64,000 nucleotides of DNA, from positions 5,796-69,795 of the forward strand of contig NZWE01000008.1 in assembly GCA_002697535.1 (NCBI GenBank). Reading direction: 5' to 3'. The stretch is from Actinomycetota bacterium (GTDB lineage: Bacteria; Margulisbacteria; Marinamargulisbacteria; GCA-2716485; GCA-002719695). The notes under the pieces are model-generated. The model was given only the letters and a program-made list of their open reading frames with translations. It was not told the DNA's origin and made no database searches. The first letter of the stretch is position 1; each line of letters begins with the position of its first letter. A program made the position numbers and the translations under genes. Of the stretch, positions 9,567 to 17,060 are shown in pieces.

Positions 9567-10370
9567 ATGAAATATAATAATGAAATTCATCAACTGGATG
9601 AACATAATGACGAATTATTAAACCTCTCAACAATGCTTAATAAAGCGATACAAACGTGTCGACGTCAAGAATTAAATTTAATTATTAAATTTTTAGAAAA
9701 CTTTTCAAACGATACAAATCAAGATCAAAGCTCTCTTTCAGAAAGTCCTGATTATATTAGTTATTCTTCAGATAAAGCTGAACATGAAAAGTTCAAAAGT
9801 ATCGTCACTGATTTAAGAACCTTATATGATACAGATCAACCAGCTGCACATCTTATCTTTTTTATGAGAAAAAATATCGATCAGCTAATGTCTCATATTC
9901 AAAATCTTGCTCTTACTACTCAAGAGTCTACAGAAATAATGGAACATAGTAATCCTCATGAGATATTTGAGGCTTATCTTAAAAACAATGATAGTCGTTA
10001 TACCAAAACTAAGCGCTTTATTACTGAAGAAATTTTTAATCTAACAGATCATTTTGAAGTTGAAAATTTTATTGATCACTTACGTTCTCAAACAAAAGAT
10101 ATTTCTCGTGCTACAGTCTACCGAACTATAAAACAATTATTAGATGCCAATCTATTACAAAAGATTACTACCTTAGATGGAAAAGTATTTTACGAGCATT
10201 CTAAAGCTCAACTTCAACATGCTCATATTATTTGTAATCAATGTGGAAAAATTACTGAAATGCATGATGATAACCTTCAGGATTTAATTACTAAGTATTG
10301 TGATACGATTGATTTTACAATGTCATATCAGTCTATCCATATTTATGGAACTTGCAAGAATTGCTCTTAA
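9567..10370 (+). CDS. Fur-family metalloregulator with a 124-aa N-terminal extension (or a canonical 143-aa Fur if translation starts at 9939)
   Basis: The C-terminal 140 aa are canonical Fur: wHTH ISRATVYRTIKQLLDANLL, HAHIICNQCGKI and a terminal CKNC (two CxxC pairs). The upstream 124 aa are in the same ORF and have no recognisable domain. Confidence 0.75.
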   Translation: MKYNNEIHQLDEHNDELLNLSTMLNKAIQTCRRQELNLIIKFLENFSNDTNQDQSSLSESPDYISYSSDKAEHEKFKSIVTDLRTLYDTDQPAAHLIFFMRKNIDQLMSHIQNLALTTQESTEIMEHSNPHEIFEAYLKNNDSRYTKTKRFITEEIFNLTDHFEVENFIDHLRSQTKDISRATVYRTIKQLLDANLLQKITTLDGKVFYEHSKAQLQHAHIICNQCGKITEMHDDNLQDLITKYCDTIDFTMSYQSIHIYGTCKNCS

Positions 10371-10444
10371 GCTAGGTCATTATATCCTACATACTATATG
10401 TAGCCCTCTGTTTATATGCGATATGTTTGTGGTATAAATAAACT

Positions 10445-10672
10445 ATGGAAACACTTATTGGTACGTTTATTATTATGTGCTTAGCTTTTTTAGGCTTTGG
10501 TGTTGGTGTTTTATTTTTTGGTAAAACAGCAAGCCATGATGCCTGTGGTAAGGTTCCTGAAATTGATCCTGAAGAGTGCTTATCTCAAAAAGCTGGTTTA
10601 TGTCCTTTTGAAGATGAATCAGGGGGTCTCAAAATGCAGCGTAAAGCGCGTGTTAATTACCCTTCATCATAA
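10445..10672 (+). CDS. small single-pass membrane protein with a Cys-containing tail, NqrM (DUF539)-like candidate
   Basis: 75 aa: one N-terminal TM helix (IGTFIIMCLAFLGFGVGVLFFG) followed by ACGK..10 aa..C..7 aa..C and a basic tail. This is the architecture of the Na+-NQR maturation factor NqrM. The Cys spacing is not the classical CxC. Confidence 0.35.
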   Translation: METLIGTFIIMCLAFLGFGVGVLFFGKTASHDACGKVPEIDPEECLSQKAGLCPFEDESGGLKMQRKARVNYPSS

Positions 10673-10765
10673 ATGTTATAAAGTTGGCATGTAGTATGTA
10701 GTTGATTTGGCGATACACCACTAGCATAATCGTTCCTATTTTATTATACCCTTTTTTATAAAAAC

Positions 10766-10999
10766 TTATCTAGGGTATGGTGTAGGGGCGTATGTAGGAA
10801 TAGGAATAGGGTTAGGATTAGGATCATGAAGGTTAGGAATAGGGTTAGGAATTGGTGTAGGCTTGTATGTAGGAGTATAATTAGGTTCTAATCCTCTTAT
10901 TTCTGCCTTTAATGCTTGCCGTCTTCTAACATTTTTCTGAATTATTGTTGCTGCTTTATTTCTCTTAGCTGCTTCATTATCTATATTTATATTCATCAT
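10766..10999 (-). CDS. small proline-rich protein with an IQ-like motif
   Basis: 77 aa. AATIIQKNVRRRQALK resembles the calmodulin-binding IQ motif (IQxxxRGxxxR). The C-terminal half is made of PNPIP/TPxP repeats. On the minus strand the ATG is preceded by TATAAT...AAAGGA. Confidence 0.5.
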   Translation of the reverse strand: MMNINIDNEAAKRNKAATIIQKNVRRRQALKAEIRGLEPNYTPTYKPTPIPNPIPNLHDPNPNPIPIPTYAPTPYPR

Positions 11000-11113
11000 T
11001 TTAATTTTTCCTTTCTTATTTATTATACCCTTTTTATGTAAAGGCTTTATCTAGTTATCGTGTTTTAGAGATAAAAAATTTTAGTTATTTTTTAAGCCCC
11101 CCTTTTTTTGTGT

Positions 11114-11131
11114 CATAAACGATCGTTTATG
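11114..11131. promoter_or_regulatory. perfect 18-bp palindrome CATAAACGATCGTTTATG in a divergent intergenic region (candidate operator)
   Basis: Read directly: cataaacga/tcgtttatg are exact reverse complements. Lies 88 bp upstream of the LMF-like gene ATG and 115 bp upstream of the IQ-motif ORF. Confidence 0.3.
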
Positions 11132-11218
11132 TTATAAAAATATGACAAACTTATTTTAGATATCGTCGCATATTATGAGCTAAATGGGAGAAAAACGTTT
11201 CTCAGGCTATAATAAAGT

Positions 11219-12706
11219 ATGTCTTGGCGTTATGTATTTTCTTTCTTTTCGTATCAACAAACCTCTCTTACTCATTTCTTATTTTTACGTTGTTTAGGCC
11301 TTATCTATTGTTTTGGATTTTTAGTTTTTGTTAACCAATGGGAAGGTTTACTTGGCTCTAATGGGCTTTCTCCTGCTTATTTATTTCTTGAATCTGTTAA
11401 AGAATCCATTTCTTTTTGGGATCTTCCTAGCATTTTTTGGCTTTATATATCGGATTCATTTTTATTTTGGTCAGGTTGTTTTGGGTTAGTCTTATCCGTT
11501 CTTGTTGTGTGTGGTCTCACCAATGCTATTGCCATGTTTATTTTATGGGCTCTCTATATGTCCATTATTCATATCGGCCAACAGTTTTATGGTTTTGGTT
11601 GGGAAACATTACTTTTAGAAACTGGATTTTTAGCTATTTTTTTGTGTCCTGTTTTTGACTGGAAACCTTTTTCTCCAAAAATTCCTCGCCCTACCCTTAT
11701 TTTTATTCTTATTTTATGGCTTTTATTTCGTAATATGTTTGGTGCTGGTTTAATTAAAATACGTGGAGATGCTGTTTGGAGCGACTTCACAGCGTTGATT
11801 TATCACTTTGAAACACAGCCCATTCCAAATCCACTCAGTTGGTTCTTTCATCATCTACCCATTCCTATTTTAAAATTTGGCGTTTTATTTAATCATTTTG
11901 CCGAACTAATTGTTCCTTTTTTCTTGTTTGGACCTCGTTTATGCCGTCATCTAGCTGCTCTTATTATTATTGTATTTCAATTCACCCTAATTTTAAGTGG
12001 TAATCTCTCTTGGTTAAATTGGCTTACCATTGTTCAATGTATTCCCGCTTTTGATGATAGCCGATTCTTTCTCTTACAAAAATTATCATTATTTAAAATA
12101 ATATCCTCATTGAAACGAACTAAATTACAGCTGATATCTCAGCTTAGCTTATGTGTGCTTATTGCAGGTTTAAGCATATTTCCTATTCATAATATGCTCA
12201 ATCCTCATCAAAAAATGAATGCCTCCTTTAATTCCCTTCATTTAGTGAATACCTATGGCGCCTTTGGCTCTGTTGGAAAAACACGATATCAACTTGTTTT
12301 TTATGGAACAACCGATACAACGATTACAGATACTACCATTTGGATCCCTTATCAATTTAAAGGACAACCTAGCTTAATCAATGATAGGCCTCCCTTTTTT
12401 TCACCCTATCATTACCGTCTGGATTGGCATCTTTGGTTTGCAGCTATGTCTGATTACCGTTATCACCCCTGGCTAGTTCATCTCGTTTATAAATTACTTC
12501 ATAATGACCCTATCATCAGTAATTTGATTAAACATAACCCTTTTTCATCATCACCCCCCACCTTTATTAAGGTTGATCGTTATGATTATCAGTTTACAGA
12601 CTCATTATCTAATGGCTGGTGGTCATCTACGTTTTTAAATAATTATTTACCGCCACTATCAAAAGATAATCCATCTTTGTTACGATTTGTAGAGCAATTG
12701 CAATAA
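11219..12706 (+). CDS. lipase maturation factor (LMF1/DUF1222) family membrane protein
   Basis: Polytopic protein with GWETLLLETGFLAIFL, YHFETQPIPNPLSWFFH, NTYGAFGSVGKTRYQ and YHYRLDWHLWFAAM, blocks I recognise as typical of the LMF family. Confidence 0.65.
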   Translation: MSWRYVFSFFSYQQTSLTHFLFLRCLGLIYCFGFLVFVNQWEGLLGSNGLSPAYLFLESVKESISFWDLPSIFWLYISDSFLFWSGCFGLVLSVLVVCGLTNAIAMFILWALYMSIIHIGQQFYGFGWETLLLETGFLAIFLCPVFDWKPFSPKIPRPTLIFILILWLLFRNMFGAGLIKIRGDAVWSDFTALIYHFETQPIPNPLSWFFHHLPIPILKFGVLFNHFAELIVPFFLFGPRLCRHLAALIIIVFQFTLILSGNLSWLNWLTIVQCIPAFDDSRFFLLQKLSLFKIISSLKRTKLQLISQLSLCVLIAGLSIFPIHNMLNPHQKMNASFNSLHLVNTYGAFGSVGKTRYQLVFYGTTDTTITDTTIWIPYQFKGQPSLINDRPPFFSPYHYRLDWHLWFAAMSDYRYHPWLVHLVYKLLHNDPIISNLIKHNPFSSSPPTFIKVDRYDYQFTDSLSNGWWSSTFLNNYLPPLSKDNPSLLRFVEQLQ

Positions 12707-12789
12707 CTTCTATTTAATCTTATACCGTTTCATCGCTAGCTAACTTTATTCCTTTTTACATACTTCTTTCATTTCTATCTTATTCATTT

Positions 12790-12806
12790 AATGATTATGA
12801 TATAAT
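12790..12806 (+). promoter_or_regulatory. Fur-box-like AT-rich element overlapping a TATAAT -10 hexamer upstream of the FTR1 permease gene
   Basis: AATGATTATGATATAAT resembles the GATAATGATAATCATTATC consensus. TATAAT (12801-12806) ends 6 nt before the ATG at 12813. Shares the core GATTATnATA with the element upstream of the P19-like gene. Confidence 0.35.
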
Positions 12807-12812
12807 TTTTTT

Positions 12813-13718
12813 ATGAGTGAATTTATCATTGTTTTTAGAGAAACATTAGAAGCTACACTAATCGTTGGTATTATCTACATGGTATTGATTAAAAATAGTT
12901 TGAATAATGTTCTTAAAAAAGTATGGCTTGGTGTTGTCAGTGCTATTTTTGCAAGTATCGGTATTGCTTTCTTAGTTTTAAACTTAAAAAATACGTTTGG
13001 AAATAATTCCTATCAATCATTATTCGAAGGTATTTTTATTTATTTAACCGCTATTTTTATTTATTATGTTATTTTCTGGTTATCTCAACATATTAGTGAT
13101 ACTAAGGAATTGGAACAGAAAACGGTTCATTCCTTATCGATATCATCCTGGGGTATATTTTTACTTGTCTTTTTTGCTATTCTTAGAGAAGGTTTTGAAA
13201 CTGTTATTTTTTTAATCTCTAGTTTTTCAATGCATGGTTCATTTTCTTATACTGGATTTATCCTTGGTATGGTTTTAGCAATTATTATTGGTTATGGGAT
13301 TGTTATTCAAGGGAAAAAAGTCCCTTTAAAACGTTTATTTCAAGTTACGACTTTATGTTTAGTATTTATTGCGTCAGGGATGCTTGCTTATGGTACTCAC
13401 GAAATTGAAGAATATTTAGTTAAATCTAATAAAATTCAAGAATCTCAAATTATGAGACCTTGGAATATTTTAAAACCACAAGATACTATTCATCACAATC
13501 AGTTTAAATTTATCTATAGTTATAATGAACAAAAAAATAAGTACATTCATTTTTTACATGATAAAGGTAATGTAGGCGTCTTTCTTAAGGGATTTTTAGG
13601 ATATAATAGTAACCCCAACTATCTTGAATTTATCATATGGCTCGTATCATTATTATTTGGCTTTAATCTATGGCGACGTGTTTATTATCCAAAACAGAAA
13701 CCAGTAATGGCTACTTAA
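12813..13718 (+). CDS. high-affinity iron permease, FTR1/EfeU family
   Basis: Two REXXE iron-binding motifs in TM helices (RETLEATLIV and REGFETVIF); polytopic topology. Confidence 0.85.
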   Translation: MSEFIIVFRETLEATLIVGIIYMVLIKNSLNNVLKKVWLGVVSAIFASIGIAFLVLNLKNTFGNNSYQSLFEGIFIYLTAIFIYYVIFWLSQHISDTKELEQKTVHSLSISSWGIFLLVFFAILREGFETVIFLISSFSMHGSFSYTGFILGMVLAIIIGYGIVIQGKKVPLKRLFQVTTLCLVFIASGMLAYGTHEIEEYLVKSNKIQESQIMRPWNILKPQDTIHHNQFKFIYSYNEQKNKYIHFLHDKGNVGVFLKGFLGYNSNPNYLEFIIWLVSLLFGFNLWRRVYYPKQKPVMAT

Positions 13719-13719
13719 G

Positions 13720-14991
13720 TTATAATTGATTCTTAGATCTATAGACGTTAATTAATCTTACTGATCGTTTGTGGGTAAAGTAACTTGTAACCCAGTCTAG
13801 CAAAACTAGTATTTTATTTCTCATATTTACTAAAAATAAAATATGAATAATGCCCCATAATACCCATGCGAAAAACCCCCTTATTTTGAACCCGGAAATA
13901 TAAGCAATGGCTCGTGATCTACCAATTGTAGCCATCATACCTTTATCTTTATATATAAAGGCATCTCTACCTTTATTTTTTTGATCATTCATTATCTGCT
14001 TTGCAACAAACTTTCCAGCTTGAATTGCTCCCTGAGCTACCGCTGGGACGATACCCCCCTTTGCATCTTCTAAATAGGCACAATCTCCAATACAAAATAC
14101 GGTGCTATCTTCCTGAATACTAAAATCTAACTTAACATTAGCCTGCCCTACTTTATTAGTATGTTTTGTAATTTTTTTTATAAAAGGTGATGCCGTATTA
14201 CCCGCTGCCCAAATTATATTTTCAGTTTCAATAATGTTGTCTCCAATATAAACTCCATCTTGTGTAATGTTACTAACCATAGAATTTAATTTTATTTCTA
14301 CTCCCATCTGTTCTAAATCTTCTTGTGCCTTGATAGATAGTTCTTCTGGATATTGACTTAAAACTCTATTACTAGCTTCAATTAAAATTATTTGAGATGT
14401 TTGTGATTGAAATTCTGTAAAATCAGACACAATAGACTTTTTTGTTACTTCGGCAATCGCTCCTGCCATTTCAACTCCAGTTGGTCCAGCTCCTATGATA
14501 ACAAATGTACTAAATTTTTTTCGCTTGCTTTGATATCGCGTTCTCTCAGCTTTTTCAAAGCTATATAACATTCTCTCTCGAATTTTCAAGGCATCTTTTG
14601 TCGTTTTTAACCCCCAAGCCAATTTCTCCCATTCTGGTTTACCAAAATAAGAATGTCTTGCTCCTGCCGCAATTATTAAATAGTCATATTCAAATTTTTG
14701 TGAAGATCTTTTTAACGTTATATATCTCTTCTCTACATTAACATCATTTACATTTCCAATTAATACTCTTACATTGTTTAATTTTCTAAACATTGATCGT
14801 ATAGGATATGCTATTTGTGCTGGAGATAACATGGCTGTTGCAACTTGATAAAGTAAAGGCTGAAAAACATGATGATTCCTTTTATCAAACAAAACTATTT
14901 CAAAATCTTGCTTTGCTAAATGTTTGGCTGCCATGCATCCACCAAAACCACCACCAATAATAATAATTTTTTTCTTAACCTTCTTTTCCAT
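13720..14991 (-). CDS. ndh: type II NADH dehydrogenase (NDH-2)
   Basis: Two Rossmann dinucleotide motifs, IIIIGGGFGGCMAA and FVIIGAGPTGVEMAG, plus CIGDCA and a C-terminal amphipathic membrane anchor. Confidence 0.9.
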   Translation of the reverse strand: MEKKVKKKIIIIGGGFGGCMAAKHLAKQDFEIVLFDKRNHHVFQPLLYQVATAMLSPAQIAYPIRSMFRKLNNVRVLIGNVNDVNVEKRYITLKRSSQKFEYDYLIIAAGARHSYFGKPEWEKLAWGLKTTKDALKIRERMLYSFEKAERTRYQSKRKKFSTFVIIGAGPTGVEMAGAIAEVTKKSIVSDFTEFQSQTSQIILIEASNRVLSQYPEELSIKAQEDLEQMGVEIKLNSMVSNITQDGVYIGDNIIETENIIWAAGNTASPFIKKITKHTNKVGQANVKLDFSIQEDSTVFCIGDCAYLEDAKGGIVPAVAQGAIQAGKFVAKQIMNDQKNKGRDAFIYKDKGMMATIGRSRAIAYISGFKIRGFFAWVLWGIIHILFLVNMRNKILVLLDWVTSYFTHKRSVRLINVYRSKNQL

Positions 14992-15085
14992 AAAGATAGG
15001 ATATAGTAGTTTACTTTTTCTGTTAATTGATCTTGGCTAATCTTTATACTTAATGTTGCTTAATTTATAAGTTAAACCTTACTTT

Positions 15086-15634
15086 TTAATTTCTACTCGC
15101 GTTTGCAATCTCTTCAAAATCAACATTTTTATAAGTAAAAATGGTCTCATCAAGCAGTTTTTTCTCATATTGCTTAGCCCAATCTTTATGATAGGATAAC
15201 TCCAAACGTTGTGGTGGTAAAATAGTAAAAATGACTGTATATCTATCTGTAATCTTTCCGGGCAAAGTCATATTTCTAGCATAATGAAAATTATCTATTA
15301 AATTTAAATGTGGTAATAAATCAATAAAACTACTTAATCCTGTCCGCTCATTGATAACCTTTCCTGTAATATGCAAATATGGAATAAACCCACCTTCTAC
15401 ACTTCCTTTAGGAATATTACGTGTATCCCAATTTACACGAGCTTCTATATGTACATGTGTATTATTTTCAGCTAAATGTAAGCTTTCAGGAAATACTTGG
15501 TCTTTTATTGCTCCTTCAAAAATAAATATAATTCCTGGTTCCACTCTTTCTTCACCAATTACCAATTCTAATGCATTAAGTTGAGTTCCGATTATTATCA
15601 AACAGATTAAACTTGCTATTACTTTTGAAATCAT
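15086..15634 (-). CDS. periplasmic iron-transport protein, P19/Tpd (COG3470)-like
   Basis: Signal peptide, then GIIFIFEGA ... HVHIEARVNW ... GGFIPYL ... FHYARNMTLPG. This resembles the P19/Tp34-type partner of FTR1 permeases. Confidence 0.6.
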   Translation of the reverse strand: MISKVIASLICLIIIGTQLNALELVIGEERVEPGIIFIFEGAIKDQVFPESLHLAENNTHVHIEARVNWDTRNIPKGSVEGGFIPYLHITGKVINERTGLSSFIDLLPHLNLIDNFHYARNMTLPGKITDRYTVIFTILPPQRLELSYHKDWAKQYEKKLLDETIFTYKNVDFEEIANASRN

Positions 15635-15677
15635 ATTTAGGCCCCTTGCTTTACTATTGATTGATGCTTCCTAAGAA

Positions 15678-15699
15678 AAAGATTATTATAACAATCTTT
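15678..15699. promoter_or_regulatory. Fur-box-like palindrome overlapping the -10 region of the P19-like gene
   Basis: The plus strand reads AAAGATTATTATAACAATCTTT. The arms AAAGATT/AATCTTT are exact inverted repeats. On the minus strand the spacer contains TATAAT. The site lies about 45 nt upstream of the ATG at 15634. Confidence 0.4.
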
Positions 15700-15803
15700 G
15701 TTATTTTTGCTTAGTAATTTCTCATAAGCTATAGCCTTACCGGCTTATCATACCTATAACCTATTACTATGTTTTCAAGTCGTATTACGTCCTGTATATA
15801 TTT

Positions 15804-16979
15804 TTAAAAATCAAGCGCTACAGATAGATATAACGCTTCTGCACTAAAATTATTTAATGGTTGATCATAATCTTCTAGTTGATACTCACACTTATAAACG
15901 ATAGATTTTATGGGTCTAAAATTAAAGCCAATCATGGCACGATGTGTAACATAATGAGTGTCTTTATCTGTGTTGACAGTTCCAATTCTTACAAAGGCTT
16001 TAATACTAGGAGATTCTAACATTGGTAAAAACCGTATTAATTCTTTTTGTAATACATCGGCTCTTACTTCTAAATAACTTCCACTCATCTTATTAGGAAC
16101 ATCTTCTATTCCATCTAAATTAACCATTGCAACTTCCGCTACTACTTCATACTGATCATATTTGTAGAAAACGTCCGCACCCAACATGAACATTCCATTT
16201 CTACCATTATCATCAAAATTTCCGTTATACATACTTGTCCCCACTTCTAAACCTTTCATTGGAGATGCCCATAACCTTGTAACAACTGCCTTATCTCCAT
16301 TATTATCTTGTTGAAAGCCAGGCCTGGCATTCCTTAAGCCATTTCTTGCATCTATCGATGAATCTAACCCATTAATTATATAAGCTTGATAATAAATCTC
16401 CATATTAGCGTATTCACTTGTCCCAATTAAGCCTTTGCCACTTTTAAACCAATTAGCATAGCGAGTTACACCATGTATACCAATACCACTATCTACCCAT
16501 GTAGAGGGGACAATATAGGTTAAATATAAAGGTCTTTGAGTTGTATCTCGATGGTTAGAATTATAGATACTGCTTGTACGACCAAATGGAACCATAAAAA
16601 TCCCTGTACGCTGTGTTAAACCATCATTAATTTTAAAATCAAACCAAGCTTGTTGCATTGTAATCTCACCGGTATTATTATTGTTTCCACCATTTACTTT
16701 ACCGCCATAATCTAAAGCAATTTCAGAATTTATCAGCAATCTTTTAGATAACCGTGATGACATTCCTAATACAAAATGATGCGCTATAAATGATGAGTCT
16801 AAAAGTTCTCTACCAAAAAACTCCGAATCAAAATAACCACTAATTACCCTACTTCCGCTACTACTATTATTTCTTATATCATTTTCTGCTGGCTGTGCAT
16901 AAGAGATTAAACTAATATTGATTAATATTGCTAGTATCCATACTATTTTTTTCCTACTTCTTATTACATATTCTATCAT
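15804..16979 (-). CDS. outer-membrane beta-barrel protein (porin-like)
   Basis: Signal peptide (ILAILINISLISYA/QP), alternating amphipathic strands rich in G/Y/N, and a C-terminal aromatic residue (...LSVALDF). Directly upstream of the P19-like gene. Confidence 0.45.
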   Translation of the reverse strand: MIEYVIRSRKKIVWILAILINISLISYAQPAENDIRNNSSSGSRVISGYFDSEFFGRELLDSSFIAHHFVLGMSSRLSKRLLINSEIALDYGGKVNGGNNNNTGEITMQQAWFDFKINDGLTQRTGIFMVPFGRTSSIYNSNHRDTTQRPLYLTYIVPSTWVDSGIGIHGVTRYANWFKSGKGLIGTSEYANMEIYYQAYIINGLDSSIDARNGLRNARPGFQQDNNGDKAVVTRLWASPMKGLEVGTSMYNGNFDDNGRNGMFMLGADVFYKYDQYEVVAEVAMVNLDGIEDVPNKMSGSYLEVRADVLQKELIRFLPMLESPSIKAFVRIGTVNTDKDTHYVTHRAMIGFNFRPIKSIVYKCEYQLEDYDQPLNNFSAEALYLSVALDF

Positions 16980-17060
16980 TATATATCTCTAATTATTTTA
17001 CTAGCTTATTTAATACTCACTTATTTTTAATAGGCTTGTCAAGTTTTACAAAATTTTATT

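Noticed and set aside
10388-10404. Palindrome CTACATA-CTA-TATGTAG just after the Fur-like stop codon, with further ATGTAG words at ~10690
   Set aside because: It could be a weak terminator or an operator. But the stem is short and AT-rich, no T-tract follows, and the repeated hexamer is too short to be meaningful without genome-wide statistics.
11046-11095. Possible sigma-28 promoter (TAAA…CACGATAA on the minus strand) upstream of the IQ-motif ORF
   Set aside because: The spacer is 17 nt rather than the ~15 nt of the TAAA-N15-GCCGATAA consensus, and the -10 element matches only partly. This cannot be distinguished from chance in AT-rich DNA.
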